64,000 nucleotides of DNA from Hemiscyllium ocellatum (taxonomy: Eukaryota): contig NC_083404.1 of the NCBI RefSeq assembly GCF_020745735.1, forward strand, positions 26,846,001 through 26,910,000, in the 5' to 3' direction. Below are positions 26,438-40,023 of the stretch, piece after piece. The translations under genes and the position numbers were made by a program. How positions within the stretch are numbered: the stretch's first letter is position 1; every line of letters begins with the position of its first letter. A model generated the notes under the pieces. The model saw only the letters and a program-made list of their open reading frames with translations, was not told the DNA's origin and ran no database searches.

Positions 26438-26885
26438 GCACGCGGTGGCTCAGTGGTTAGAACTGCTGCCTCACAGTGCAGGGACCCGGGTTCAATTCCA
26501 GCTTCGGGCAACTGTTTCTGGAGTTTGCACACATTCTCCCAGTGTCTGCGTGGGTTTCCTCTGGGTGCTCCGGTTTCCTCCCACAATCCAAAGATGTGCA
26601 AGTTAGTCAGAGTCAAACAACATGCCCTTCAGCCCAACTCGTCCATGTCAGCCAGATTTCCTAGTCCCATTTGCATCCATATTTGGCCCACATCCCCCCA
26701 AACCTAAGTTAAGTGAATTGAACATGCTAAATTGCCCATAGTGTTCAGGAGGTGTAGGTTAGGTGTATTAGTCAGGGGTAAATATAGGATAATAGGGTAG
26801 AGGAATGCATCTGAGTGGGTTACTTTTTCAAGGGTCGGCGTGGCCCTGTTGGGCTGAAGGGCCTGTTTCCACACTAGCGATTCTA
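26438..26885 (+). mobile_element. HE1-type SINE with an inverted CR1 tail inserted at 26606-26705
   Basis: A box gtggctcagtggttag and B box gggttcaattcc. The insert is flanked by aagtta at 26600-26605 and 26706-26711. Confidence 0.85.
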
Positions 26886-27109
26886 TGAAACACACAGGAC
26901 AGAGTGTTCATACTAGCTTACGGAGACTGTCAAAGTACTGCTGGTTATACCAGCTACAAATTGTGCGCTAATCGTGTCTGCACAAATGTGGCAGCTATAC
27001 TGCGTTTTGGTCCTCTTTTACAAGGACACATATTTCCCCTTATTCATATTTCCTCATTCACCCCTTCTGTGACATAGCTCACAATTTATAAAGCAGGTTT
27101 GTTACATTT

Positions 27110-27390
27110 TCCGTGGGGACATTGTCTAAAAATTAGGGTCAAATCATTCAGAAAAGACACTTAGAAGCACTTACAGACAACGGATGGTAGATGTTTGGAA
27201 CACTCTTCCATAAACAGTAGTGGATGCTAGGTCAGTTGTTAATTTTAAATGAGATCAATAACGTTTTTGTGAAGCAGAGATATTAAGGGATATGGGCCAA
27301 AGGCAGGTATTAGGCTACAGATTAACCATGATACCAGTGAATGGCAGAACAGATTCAAGGGGATGCAATGGTTCCTACTGTTCCTACGTA
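27110..27390 (+). mobile_element. Decayed CR1 3' end
   Basis: gtttggaacactcttcca..gtggatgctaggtca..attaagggatatggg and tail cctactgttccta. Confidence 0.65.
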
Positions 27391-30300
27391 AATAAAAAAA
27401 AAGTTTCCCCTGATACTCTTGAAGTTTAATTCTAAATTCTATATTCTGCAAATAAAACAATTAAAAACCAATTAAATAGATAAATCTAATCATATTCCGA
27501 GGAAAGCAATATAGTGCACACAATTTCTTTTTTAAATTACCAAAACTTAAAGTGAAATACAAGACAAAATACAGCTCCATGTAGCAATAAGCACCAAAAC
27601 TCAGAGGGGAGGTATTTAAGAAAGGCCAAATATATGCCTGCAATGAAGGGAAAAAGTCACAAATCAACAGAAAATCACTTCCAGTCCATGAACATCACCT
27701 ACTGTTTTTTTTAAAAAAGAAATTGGCTTATGCTTACATCCCACAGCTTTCAATTGTTTAAGGCAGTCTGGTGATTTAAAAAAAGGAAAGATGAATGATT
27801 GATGTCTTATATTCTTATACTTCAACAAGCTTTCCAAAGAAAAACATAACAGAATGGTTAAATGTGAAGTATTTTGCTTTATTCTAAATAGTAACATCAT
27901 AAAGGTTCCTTTAACTCCTAAATTCCTAAAGCACAGACCTTATGATCAAGGAATTCCTTATAATTTTGGAATGCCAGTCCATATTGCCAAGGAAAACATT
28001 TTGTATCACTGCAGATGCAGAGAATGACAACATGTCAAAAACAATACATGGAAATTCAAAGGTACATACTAAAACAATCTAATGTGAATATGCAAATGAG
28101 GTAATATTTAGGCAATTGTATATCTTAATAAGCAAGGATAGGAATGCATGCTCAATGGAAAGATACTGACAAGCACAAGACTTCAAGTTCAAATGCATGA
28201 TTTTCTCAAGTTTTGGTACAGGTAACACACGTCCATTAAAGAAGTCAATAAAACTTAGTTTCATAAATATGCACATACAGAACAAGTGAGAAAAAAAAGT
28301 GCAAAAAACGTTATACAGAAACAGCAGTTAAGCCATAGTTAAGACAACAATTCTTCATCATAGAATGGACAATAAAATCACACATAATACAACATGGATT
28401 CTCCAGGTTAATACTGAAGAGGAAACTATAGTTACAAGCTAAAAGGATTATTCCCAGCATTTGAGAAGCTCCTAGATAGAGGCTGCAAAAATACAAAAGC
28501 TTTGATAGGTAATTTGCTTTTTTTTGTTTAAAGAGACTGTAATGAGGAATTAGTTATTTCAAACTATCACCGAGGAGAAGGAAAGGAGTCAGGACAATTT
28601 TATTACATAGGATTATTGGGCGTAGAATATTTTATCAAAGAAAATAGTGGAGGTGAAGGCTATTGTATCTTTCAACTGAGTAAATATTTGAAACAGATGA
28701 AACAAAGGACTAAGTAAATTCACTTTAATTGCTCTAGTGTCAAACTGTTAAAGATCAGATGGGCCAAATGGTCTCCCTTCTGTGCTACAATACTCAATGG
28801 TTCAATGATAAAATGGTCAAATTAGAATTAACCAAAATGTAATCAAGACATTTTTAACTGAACTGAGACAAAGTCCTGTGCAAACTCAAGCTAGGTGTGA
28901 TGAAAACTGTTGACCTTGCTAACTAAAAAACAATGTAAACCGGAACATAAGATGTAAAGACATATGACTTACACATATTCCGCAAAGTATTTCTTCTGTT
29001 GTGAAGCACGCTTTCACGCTTTGGCTTTACAGAAGACTAAGTGCCAAGTTCAGAGACAACAAACCTTAAACAAAACTGAAACATCTTGTCATGCAACACA
29101 AGCATCAGTTCAGGATGCCTCAAGTCTCCCAGACAGGTGGTAAAATGACTACTGTCCAACAATAAAGCTGCAGCCCAAACTCTCTCAGAATTCACTAAAT
29201 ATCATACACTATTAAAAAAAGTATAGATTTTACTCCTGAATGGAAGTATTATTAATGAGTAATAATCAATAGTGAGTGCCACAATTCCTCTCAATGTTGC
29301 CTGATTGGAAAAGAAACAACACATAGGAAGACTTTTCATTCCTGAAATTACTCTACTGGGAAAAGGCAGTTGTGAGAATGTTAGGGAAGCAGGGCGTGGC
29401 TTAATAGTGACATTCTTCACCCTCCGATTGTGACATCACATTAATGTATTTTCCACTCACATATAATGAATGGCTGCTTGGCTATTATACCAAGACTCCT
29501 CACACTGACTATGGATACATTCCCAATGTGGAATAATTCAACTTGCACATCTGAATGGTGTGGTACTCCTTTAAGTCTTCCAATCCATACATTTATATGC
29601 TCAATGAAACAAATTTGAAGACTGCTCACACTGCTTCATTCTAACTCAACACATTCAAAATAAATTCAAGACTGAAAATCATGTAAAACATATACCAAAC
29701 TCTCAACTTGGGTTGAATATTTCTTTTAGAATGGATTTGAAAACAACATGGATATGTAAACTGCCCAATTTATCACTGCTTCAACAATCTTTATCCTCTT
29801 TTTTTCTGAGGTGAGGGGTGCAATTTGATAAATCTGGCTCTCACTCCAACCACTAATCAATGACAAATATGCAAACATACCCTTTGCTCGGAAGTCTGAC
29901 TCACACTGGTACCCAGTCTGGTACCTCATCAATTTAAAAATCAATAAAATCGGGAAAGAAAAAAATACTTTCTTATTCTGGTTTTTAAACTTACTCCATA
30001 GCCTTGCTACTTTCTAGTTCTGTTCCTCTTTTAGCTCTTCAAGTCTTCACAATCATTGTACTTCCTAATTTTGGCCTTTAGGATATCCCAGAGTTCAATC
30101 ATTATCAATGATGGCCAAACTTTCAACTGCTTAAATCTTAAGTTGTGAAATGTCTTCCCTAAAATCATTCTCTCTCTCTTTTTTTTTTATATAAAAACTC
30201 ATTCTTTAGAACACATGCCTTTGTCCAAGCTTGGATTCTCTTACCAATATCTCATGTGCCTCTGCCAAATCTTTGCGCAATAATTCCTTCTATGAAGCAT

Positions 30301-30613
30301 CTTGGGATATTTCGAGTTCTACATAGATGAAAGCAGTCGATCGTAATGTTGAAGGAAGCTGGAGTATTTCTGGATCAAAAAATATCTTCCCTAAAATAAT
30401 TACATACTTGGAATGTTGTCCATGCTCACCACAGATGACAGCAAAGAATGGATTTTGATAGTGTCACTGATGTTTTCAAAAGCAAGAGCTAAACAGTCAG
30501 GGAAAGAAGGTGTCCAAAGCCTTGCCTTGACAGGAGAGATACACCTTAAGATAATTTAAGGGATAGACCTAAATGCAAGTAGACAAAGTGGCTTGACAGA
30601 CTAAGTGCAAGAA

Positions 30614-31642
30614 TAGTCATAGAAATGTACAGCATGGAAACACCCTTCAGTCCAACCCGTCCATGTGGACCAGATATCCCAACCCAATCTAGTCCTACCT
30701 ACCAGCACCTGGCCTATATCCCTCCAAACCCTTCCTATTCATATACCTATCCAAACGCCTCTTAAATGTTGCAATTATACCAGCCTCCACCACTTCCTCT
30801 GGCAGGTCATTCCATACACATACCACCCTCTGCGTGAAAAGTTTGCCCCGCAGGCCTCTTTTATATCTTTCCCATCTCACCCTAAACCTATGCCCTCTAG
30901 TTCTGGACTTTTCAAACCCCGGGGAAAAGACTTTGCCTATTTACCCTATTCATGTCCCTCATAATTTTCTAAACCTCTATATGGTCACCCCTCAGCCTCC
31001 GACGCTCCAGTGAAAACAGCCCCAGCCTGTTCAGCCTCTCCCTATAGCTCAAATCCTCCAACCCTGGCAACATCCTTGTAAATCTTTTCTGAACCCTTTC
31101 AAGTTTCATGACATCTTTCCGATAGGAAGGAGACCAGAATTGCACGCAATATTCCAACAGTGGCCTAACCAATGTCCTGTACAGCCGCAACATGACCTCC
31201 CAACTCCTGTACTCAATACTCTGACCAATAAAGGAAAGCATACCAAACGCCTTCTTCACTATCCTATCTACCTGCGACTCCACTTTCAAGGAACTATGAA
31301 CCTGCACTCCAAGATCTCTTTGTTCAGCAACACTCCCTAGCACCTTACCATTAAGTGTATTAGTCCTGCTAAGCTTTACTTTCCCAAAATGCAGCACGTG
31401 AATTAAACTTCATCTGCCACTTCTCAGCCCATTGGCCCATCTGGTCAAGATCCTGTTGTAATCTGAGGTAACCCTCTTCGCTGTCCATTACTCCTCAGAT
31501 TGTGGTGTCATCTACAAACTTACTAACTGTACCTTCTATGCTCGCACCCAATACTTTTTGTCATTTACATAAATGATAAAAAGTAGAGGACCCAGCACCG
31601 ATCCTGTGGCACTCCACTGGTCACAGGCCTCCAGTCTGAAAG
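30614..31642 (-). mobile_element. CR1/HER1-type LINE 3' part (well preserved)
   Basis: ORF 30969-31397: LVRPLLEYCVQFWSPSYRKDVMKLERVQKRFTRMLPG. Confidence 0.95.
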
Positions 31643-31989
31643 TCAATGACACTAAAAGCAGTTATTAATCATAAAAAGGAAAGTGGAATATACAGGGGAC
31701 TAGAGTTAGGGGACTGGAGAGGGCAAAAGGGAGGGAAAGTGGAAAGAAACAGAAGTTGGTGAAAATGCCATTAATTTCAGGATTTATAGATGAGAATGTT
31801 ACACATGATTGGGCCATTCAGTGAACAAGATGCCCCTCAGTGAAGTGCTCAGAGACATTCTTCTAAATTAAAAAGTCAGAGAAATGCAAGTGTTATTTGC
31901 TGGTCAAAATGTGTATAGTAGGAACTACAGAAAGTGACAACTGGGAGGCAAGAGCAGCAAGGGTCACAGCACAGGTAATTGTACAGCCT

Positions 31990-32310
31990 CCAATGAAATA
32001 ATATCTTTCTTTAAATATTACAGCCTCTGTAATGGGGCAAAACCATTCACAGTACTCCAGACATTATCTCAGCAGCACTGGGGACAGTTGCAAAAAGACT
32101 TCCCCATTCTCATATTCAAACCCTCTTGACATAAGGGCCAATATTCCATTTGTCTTTGATTACCTGCTGCACCAGTGTGCTGGTTTTCAGTGTTGTGTGC
32201 TCCAGTACCCCGAAGTTCCTTTGTGTTGCAGCTTTTTGAAGTTTTGCTCCATTTAAATAATAACATCCTTTTGCTCTCTCTTCCAAACAGCTTCAGTTTC
32301 CCACAGTAAA
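31990..32310 (-). mobile_element. Decayed CR1 fragment
   Basis: cacagtactccag..ggtctc-like wording and aagggccaatattccatttg match CR1 ORF2. Confidence 0.6.
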
Positions 32311-32751
32311 ATGTGAGAGCCAGTGGTAATATAGCAGTCATAAACAAACTAAACAGAAACAAGTCAACACCATCTCTCCAGGATCTGTACTTGTGAAAGA
32401 TTTAATAGGTAATGTACTATCAGAAGGAAACAAGATAAGTATGCAAAATGGGTCAATGGGAAACTAATACCAGACTAGGTATATTGTTAACCTCAAAAGT
32501 CACAAATCTGCTCATATAAAATTCTACACGTATTGAAGTATTAAACTTTTTAATTAGTAAATGCGACAACTTCTCTATCCAATGCACAAAAATTATTTTA
32601 CACTACAGAACTAACATACCAAAGGCACAAGATCAAATTTAAAAAATTGATATATTACTCCTACTTACCTTCATTACGTCTAAAAATTAAATATAAAACT
32701 CAATGTTACTAATAACTATTTAGGATTCCAGCCAGCACCTGAATGCAAGGA

Positions 32752-33060
32752 GTCACAGGTGAGATGATGGCATAATAGCAATGTCACAAGACTAATAATC
32801 CAGAAGCCCTTGGCAAAATGAGCTCAGATCCCACCTTAAGATCTGGTACAATTTATAATCCAGTTTTACTAAAGAAATTTAAGGCTAATCGCAGTAATAG
32901 TGACTATGGCAACTATTTTACCTATATGGTCTGTCCTAAATGTGACTCCAGAATCCACAGCAATGTGGTCAATTCTGTAATGGCTGAACAAGTCAGTTAG
33001 TTAAAGGATAATAAATGCTGACTTTGCCAGTGACACTGATATCCCACGAAAGCATAAAGA
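32752..33060 (+). mobile_element. Old tRNA-derived SINE
   Basis: Head atggcataatagcaatgtcacaagactaataatccaga..gagctcagatccc and tail ataaatgctgactttgccagtgacac. Confidence 0.55.
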
Positions 33061-33774
33061 AACAGAGTTAACAAAAAAAACCCAGGTGCCAGAAGTGTGA
33101 TGCTTCATGCAGTAGGGGTTAAAGAAACTACATAATCAAAACATACGTCCCAATGCTCACAATAGCATCATATACCACTGTACTTTGACAATTTGGTAAG
33201 TTAAAAGAGATGTATCTGGAAATGCAACTCAGTCATTTTTTTAAAAAGAAGTATCTGATAATGAAAATCTAACACAACTAAAGTAACTTAATTAATCAAA
33301 AATGACCACTAATCTCACCCAAAAAAGAATTTTGCTAACTACTGCAAATTTCTGCCATACTTTCCATAAAAAATACAACTCTAGCAAACTATTCTACAAA
33401 ACATGCTAGCTACACTTACTCATTAATAGTCTTGCTTCACAAAAAAATACATATGGAGAGACTATTACCTCAAGGTAGGGGACAAGTTGACTACAACAAC
33501 AGATCTATGACTGACCATTACTTCGCATCATAAGTAGTCTCTGAATTGTGATGAAGTGCAGAATTGTGTTCAATTTTGTCCTGTCCAGATCCCGGATTGT
33601 CAAGTCCTTTCAAGCTCCAATACACCAGGGAGTTCAGTGAACTCAGCACAGCTCAAGAACTAATCCTGAGGTCTTCCAAGCCAAAAACAATAAGTGCCTG
33701 TCAGATATCACTGGCTCTACACGGCTGTTACAGGAATTTATCATGTGGTGAGCATCATTTTCGGAATTAATTTA

Positions 33775-34200
33775 TTGGGGGGACAGGGTGAGGTGGAGTG
33801 AGACAGTGAGACAAAGAGTGAGACAGAGAGAGAGACATGACAGGCAAAGGTAAACAAGCAGACTACGGATAGCAGGCCCAGACAGAAGAAAAGCTGAATG
33901 AGGGATAAGAGCTAAGATAAGAAGAAAGTGGGTAAGCTGTATTGAATGCAACCCATGTAATATGACAATGATGTAGAAATATGCAAGATTGGATGACAGT
34001 GCAAAAAGCAAACCAAGTCATAACAGGACAGGAGGAAAGGTGGGTAAAAAACATAAAAGGATGTTATTGAGGTTAACCTTAAGTCCTACAGGCTATAGGA
34101 TCTCCAAGTAGAAAATGAAATGTTTTTCTTCGAGCTTACGCTGAGGCTCGATGGAACACTGTAGCAGGCCTATGACAGAAATACTGGCAAGGAACATGGT
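33775..34200 (-). mobile_element. PLE remnant: GIY-YIG endonuclease C-terminus plus pyrimidine-rich 3' UTR
   Basis: Minus strand 34182 to 34063 translates ISVIGLLQCSIEPQRKLEEKHFIFYLEIL*PVGLKVNLNN, the RKLEE.H.IF.L..L.P.GL PLE pattern with one stop. Confidence 0.75.
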
Positions 34201-35088
34201 AGTGTGTTTGCGCTAGCATTTGGACTGCAGCAGTTTAAGAAGGGAGCTCACTAATTTTAAAAAGGGCCTATTCAGTTTCTCCAGCAATTTCTATTTTTTT
34301 GTATATTTAACAAAGTTAGATCAATTATTTTACTCCTTTTCTTCTTTACCCAAGGTCGCTTTTCTCAGGTTTCCCAAAAGTTCGCCATGCTTTTCCGTTT
34401 AACTGACAAAGTCCAAATAGTCACATACTACTCGACAATGATTATTAGACAAGGTTTGTAGGATTCTGAGAGAAACCCCACACCATTTTCTGTTCCTGTG
34501 ATTTTCAGTGACTTAGCTCAGAACTCAGGGGAAAAAATACCCATTTTAAAGTGGTGATGTACACACAAATCAAATGCTCAAGTGTAATTTATATCATTTC
34601 TGCAACAAATGTAGCTATAATCAGAAACAGATAGTCCCCTATAGGGCAGGTTGCCTTTCCCCAAAAGTTTTTTGTGACTTACTAGCCCTTTTAACAGTAA
34701 CAGCACTGACTCTTTTAATAAAAACAAAATCAAAATCAGTCACGAAATGTGGACGGCACTGGCAATGCCAACGGTTATCACCCATCTCCAACTGACCTTG
34801 ACGAAGTGATGGCGAGTTACTTCCTTGAATCACTGCAGTCTATAATTTGGAGGCACATTCCCAGCGTGATCACATAGCTTATAGGAAAGGAGCCCTGGGA
34901 TTTCAAACCAGCATCAGTGATATAGTTCCAAGGACAGCATGCATTCTGGGAGGGAAATTTGCAGGTAGTGTTTTCCCTTATATCTGGTTTATCCTTTTTG
35001 GTGGTAAGGATCATATATGTTTAGAAGGTACTACTGGACGAACCCAAGTGCTTTGCTGCAGTGCATAGTGTAGAAGGCAGACATCCTG

Positions 35089-35318
35089 ACTGTGCAGGAT
35101 TCTGGACTAGTGGTGCTGGAAAAGCACAGCAGTTCAGGCAGCATCCGAGGAGCAGTAAAATCAACGTTTCGGGCAAAGCCCTTCATCAGGAATACAGCAT
35201 TCCTGATGAAGGGCTTTGCCCCAAAAGTCGATTTTACTGCTCCTCGGATGCTGCCTGAACTGCTGTGCTTTTCCAGCACCACTAATCCAGAATCTGGTTT
35301 CCAGCACCTGCAGTCATT
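35089..35318. mobile_element. Palindromic PLE end (family A variant) with two oppositely oriented hammerheads
   Basis: Arms 35098-35193 and 35199-35294 with spacer acagc. TSD gacatcctg at 35080-35088 and 35319-35327. Cores at 35159-35195 (-, GAAACGTT) and 35199-35233 (+, GAAAC mutated to CAAAA). Confidence 0.85.
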
Positions 35319-35399
35319 GACATCCTGCACAGTCAGGTAAAAACAAGCAGCCTGGACAGTGTCAATTTTCTTTCATTTTGCTGGAGCTATACTCAAGGC

Positions 35400-36190
35400 A
35401 AGAGTGCAGCACTCAATCACACTATTAATTTGTACTTAGTATATGGTAGACAGGCATTAGGAAAACTGGAGGAGAGTCAATTGCTGCAGAATTCCAAGCC
35501 TCTGGCCTGCTCTCATAGCCACAGTATTTATATGGCTGATCCAGTTCAGTTTATGGTCAATAGTATCCCCCAGGATGATGATAGTTCGAAGTTAATATGG
35601 TAATACCATTGAACAAAGGGAAATAGTCAGTTTCTGTCTTGTTGAGGATGGTCATAGCCTGGCATTTGAGTGGCCTATATGTTATTTGCCAATTATCATA
35701 CCAAGTCTGCATGCTGTCCAGGTCTTTCTGTATATGGATACAGGCTACTTCAGGATCTGAGAAGTCATACAGAACAATCAAACATCCCCACTTCAGACCT
35801 TATAAATGGAGGAAAGTCATGGATGAAGCAGATGAAGATGGTCGGACAGAGAATACTATGCTGAGTAATTCCTGCAGCAATGTCTGGGACTGACAGGAAT
35901 GACTTCCAACAGCCATAATCATCTCCGTTGAGATAAGCATGATTCCAACCAACAAAAGGTTTTCCCCTCCAATTCCCAGATTTGAATTGTGCTCGGGATT
36001 TCAAGGGTATCTGAATTTCAGATCTTTTATCCATATTTGGACCAAGGCTGTAGTGATGAAGGGCTTATGCCCGAAACGTCGAATTTCCTATTCCTTGGAT
36101 GCTGCCTGACCTGCTGTGCTTTAACCAGCAACGCATTTTCAACAAGGCTATAGTGAGGTCATCAGCTGAGTGGCCCTGTTGAAAGCAAAT
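35400..36190 (-). mobile_element. Old CR1/L2-clade LINE fragment
   Basis: GITQHSILCPTIFICFIHDFPPFIRSEVGMF and IQKDLDSMQTWYDNWQITY..KCQAMTI are RT-like. Confidence 0.75.
36057..36142 (+). mobile_element. Short PLE 3' end (family A) starting inside the hammerhead core
   Basis: 14-bp TSD caaggctRtagtga at 36043-36056 and 36143-36156. (g)TGATGA-A-GGGC ttat GCCC-GAAAC-GTC at 36054-36080. Confidence 0.85.
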
Positions 36191-36204
36191 CATTGATGAG
36201 CCTG

Positions 36205-36260
36205 TTCAGAGAGAAACAGAGTTAATGTTTTGAGTCCAATACGATTCTCCTTCGGAACTG
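36205..36260 (-). mobile_element. Decayed family C-like PLE end / hammerhead relic
   Basis: Minus strand gtt-ccgaagga-gaatc gtattg gactc-aaaac-att-aac-tctgtttctctc. Confidence 0.45.
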
Positions 36261-36989
36261 CTCTGCTTGTGATATGATCTTTTGATAGTTGCAGCGTTGA
36301 ATAATTGTGTGATCGTGCTGTTTAGTACGTGTACACTGCCTACTCAGGAACCTAATTTGAAAAGGAAGTGTAAAAGGAAGGAAATGGCACACATTCTTTA
36401 TTATACACTTGGTGAAATATGTCTCTAAATAGCAAACAGTGTATAGCTCAGCATTTAAAGCAATGTAGCCTATGATTCAAATTATATATGAATTTAAAAA
36501 GCGGAAGGCTATGTATCCTCAATACTGTAACAAATTTAACTCTGGCAGATTTCATAGGGTTTTGTTTTTAGTTCGTAAAAGTACGTACATTAACTCTGGA
36601 CAAAATTTCAAAGGTGATTTTAAAGGTTTTAGACCTTGTTTCAAAATGTCTTTGAAATCAAAATATGCACACATTTATTAAAGCATTGGTTAAAGGATGA
36701 GGTTGGGAAACATATCAGCCATGATCGAATAGTGGAGCAGACTCAAAGACGCTAATTCAGCTCTATATTTTATCACCTTACAGTTCACAACTCCTATGCA
36801 GACTGAAATGCAGATGTGGAACATGAGCATAGCATCTGGTTTCTGCAGAAATGATCAGTTAATCTTTTTCTTGTGGTAAAATGGAGTAATGGTAGCAAAA
36901 CAGCACAACTGCCCATTCTCCCTTCAGTGTCATGGCTACTGCTATAAAGAAAAAAAGTACAACTTTTTGGGATTTCTGCTATCACAAAA

Positions 36990-38420
36990 CAGACATAGAA
37001 ACATTAAAACATAGGAGTCGTCGGCCATTAGGCTCTTTGACCCTATCCCGCTTTTCATTATGATCATAGTTGATCATCCAATTCAATATCATTACTGCTT
37101 TTCTGCCACATGTCCTTTGATCCTTTTTGCATCAAGCTCTATATCAAACTTTTCTTGAAATCACCACTTGTGGATAAAGGAATTTATCATCTCCCTGCCT
37201 CCCTTTTAAAATAGAAGGTTCCATAGTCATCCACCAATCTGTAGAAAGTTTCCAAAGACTGCAGAATTTTGGAAGATGACCACTAGCACACCCAATACTT
37301 CTAGGGTCACTTCAAGTATTCTGGGTTGCAGATTACCAAGCCCTGGAGACTTGTTTGCCTTCCATCCCAGTAATTTCCCAAATACCATTTCCCTACGGAT
37401 ACTGATTTCCTCCAGTTCCTCCCTCTCACTGAAATCTACATTCCCCAACATTTTAGATATGTTGTATATGTGTCCTCCTTTGCGTACACAGAACCAAAGT
37501 ATGTACAGTATTTAACTGGTCAGCCACTTCTTTGTTTCCCGTTATAAATTCCCTTGTTTCTGACTGTAAGATTTGACTTCAGTAATCTCTTCTCTTCATA
37601 TACCAATACGTTTTTTATGTTCTTCATAAACTTACTTTCATACTCAAGTTTTCCCTTACTTAATCAATCAGTTGTTTCTACTTCGCTAAATTCTAAACAA
37701 CTCCCACTTCTCAGGCTTTTCTTTTAGGCCAATTGTATGCTTCTGCCTTCGATCTAAAATGATCTCTAAATTGTTTTGTAAACCACAGATTGGCCATCTT
37801 TCCCATTTTACCTTGTGCCAGAGAGGAATGGAAGGCTGTTGCATTTGTTATTGCCTTTCCACTGTCATTCCTTTAAATAATGTTCCCAATTAATCACACT
37901 CAACTTACGCCTAATAGCATCCTAAATTCCTCCAATTAGAATCATGACCTTAAGGCTCAGAATCAACTACACTGCTCTTAATCTTAATGAAGAACCCTTT
38001 TATGGTGACTCATCTCAAGGGGCCTTGCACGACCACCAATTATTTGTTTCACATTACACAATACCCAGCCCATGATGCCTGTTCTGTAGCTGATTCCTCT
38101 AGGTATTGGTCCAGAAAACCATCCTATATTCACTCCAGGAATTCCTCTGTTACCGTATTGTTACTAATTTGATTTATTGATCTACCAAGTCAACCATAAT
38201 TATAAATGTTCCTTTATTACAAGAGTCTCTACTTTCCTGTTTAATGCCATTCACAACATCACGCTGACAGTTTGGGAGTTTATATGCAGCTCCAAGGGGC
38301 AAAAAGCATGAGTGGATGTTTCTCAGTTCTACCCATACAGATTTCACATTGTCAAAGTTAATACCCTTACTCACTGATGAATCAATTTCCCCTTTAAAAC
38401 AGCAATACTGCATTTTCCTT
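36990..38420 (-). mobile_element. Decayed CR1 LINE with internal deletions (endonuclease-linker-RT region and tail)
   Basis: VKSVWVELRN..LGAAYKLPN..IIMVD (APE endonuclease-like) and KANKSPGLGNLQPRIL. Confidence 0.8.
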
Positions 38421-39334
38421 CTTGACTCTGTAAATGCGTCTCTATGGGGTTAGAGTCCCTTCCTTTGAAGACAAATCTGAAGTCTGTGCTAAGATTATAC
38501 AACTGATTGTGGTTTTGATATGTAAAAGGCATCTCCATTTAGGAGTAACTGGAAAAAGGGTGCTTGGGCCTGAGGCTGCTTGACTTTCCTAGAGTTTAAA
38601 GCATGTGCAGCCTGAAGTTATTGCACTTGCGCTTGTTTTGAAGTTGCTTGCTCCTTATCTTTGGCAGTGCTTTACTTTGGTAGTTGTAAATTCCTTCTTC
38701 AATTGTTAACCTCAACAGTAATTCACAGTGGAGCTAGAAGTAAAGAGTTCATTGTAGTTACATGTTAAGAAATCAACATTAAGTTGTAGAAGCTACTAGT
38801 ACAATTAATAAATTGTGTACTTGCAATCTGTAGCACCATAATCCAACTGTGGATTGATTACTACTTTAATCATAGAAGACGCTCGTTCATTCCTAAATAG
38901 TTGAACCTTCACCTCAGTAATGCCTGTGTTACTTTCAGCAACAACTGCATTAATCAAGTGTATGAACTAGGGATTTGCTCTATGTGTCCTCACAATTTTT
39001 CCACTACGCTAGAAAGAAAACTTGTGCATATATAGCATCTTTTGCAAGAAATTAATTCACAGTTTATGAAATGCTTTTGAAATTTGCACCACAGAACTAG
39101 CACAGACAGCTACAAGATAACCAGGTAATTTTTTTGATATTGAACGAGGGTTTATTGGCATGGACACTGAGCAAAACTCCCCTGCTCTTCTGCAAACAGT
39201 GCGGGGGGGATTTTCCATGTTTGAACTGTGTAGACAGGGTCTCCGTTTAATGTCTCACCTGAAAAACAGCACCCAAATAATGCTACATATGCTACATCTG
39301 AAGGACATACATCACACATGGTTAATTTGCAGAT

Positions 39335-39625
39335 ACTGTGGCTCAGTTAACACTGCTGTCTCACAGTACCCGGGACCTCAGTCACCCAAGGCTGGAATTG
39401 AGCCGTCTGTGAAATTTGCACATGCTCCCAGCGTCTGCATGTGTTTCTTCTAGTTGCTCCCAGTTTTCTTTCACAGTCCAATGATGTGCAGGCTAAGTGG
39501 AGTAAGCATGGTAAACACAGGGCTATGGAAATAGGGTAGAGGACTGGGTTAGGTGGGATGCTTTTCAGAGGGTAGGTAACAGACTCGATGGGTCAAATTG
39601 TTGCTTTCCAGACTGCAGGGATTCT
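39335..39625 (+). mobile_element. Rearranged HE1-type SINE
   Basis: gtggctcagttaacactgctgtctcacag head with HE1-like body and tail. Confidence 0.7.
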
Positions 39626-39834
39626 ACAGCAAGCAGTATGGATGGTGAATGGAAATTTCTTTATTATTACAGAAATTTTTGCTGCATTTATATTGGTTGA
39701 GACACCACATCTGGAGTACAACACACAGGTTTGGGTCCTTATTTGAAAATGGATATAACTGTACTAGAAGCTTTAAAGTGAAGTTATCCTCCTTTTCTAC
39801 TGTAAATACTGAGGCAAAGTAATTCTTCAACATT

Positions 39835-40023
39835 AAAAAAAACTGCAGATGCTAGAAATCAGAAACTGCTGGAAACACTCAGCTCATCTGGCAGCATCTG
39901 TGGAGAGAAATGAGCGCTAAAGTTCCAGGACCAGTGATCCTTCTTCTGAAGGTTCTGAAGGCTCTGCTTTCTCCATGGATGCTGCCAGACCTGTTGAGTT
40001 TTTCTAGCAATTTCTGCTTTTGT
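39835..40023. mobile_element. Palindromic PLE end (family C), decayed
   Basis: tctggcagcatctgtggaga is inverted to tctccatggatgctgccaga. Hammerhead relic at 39916-39961. Flanks share ttcaacat. Confidence 0.65.

Noticed and set aside
26438-26510. SINE heads as functional tRNA genes
   Set aside because: A and B boxes run directly into SINE bodies with no complete cloverleaf.
29461-29640. Minus-strand exon-like segment ending in gtgagt
   Set aside because: Weak acceptor and stops in all three frames from that acceptor.
33547-33670. Possible C/D box snoRNA (gtgatga ... ctga)
   Set aside because: No convincing terminal stem or recognisable rRNA/snRNA antisense element. Such short boxes occur by chance.
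35031-35340. Near-identical ORFs on both strands
   Set aside because: Artefact of the palindromic PLE insert.
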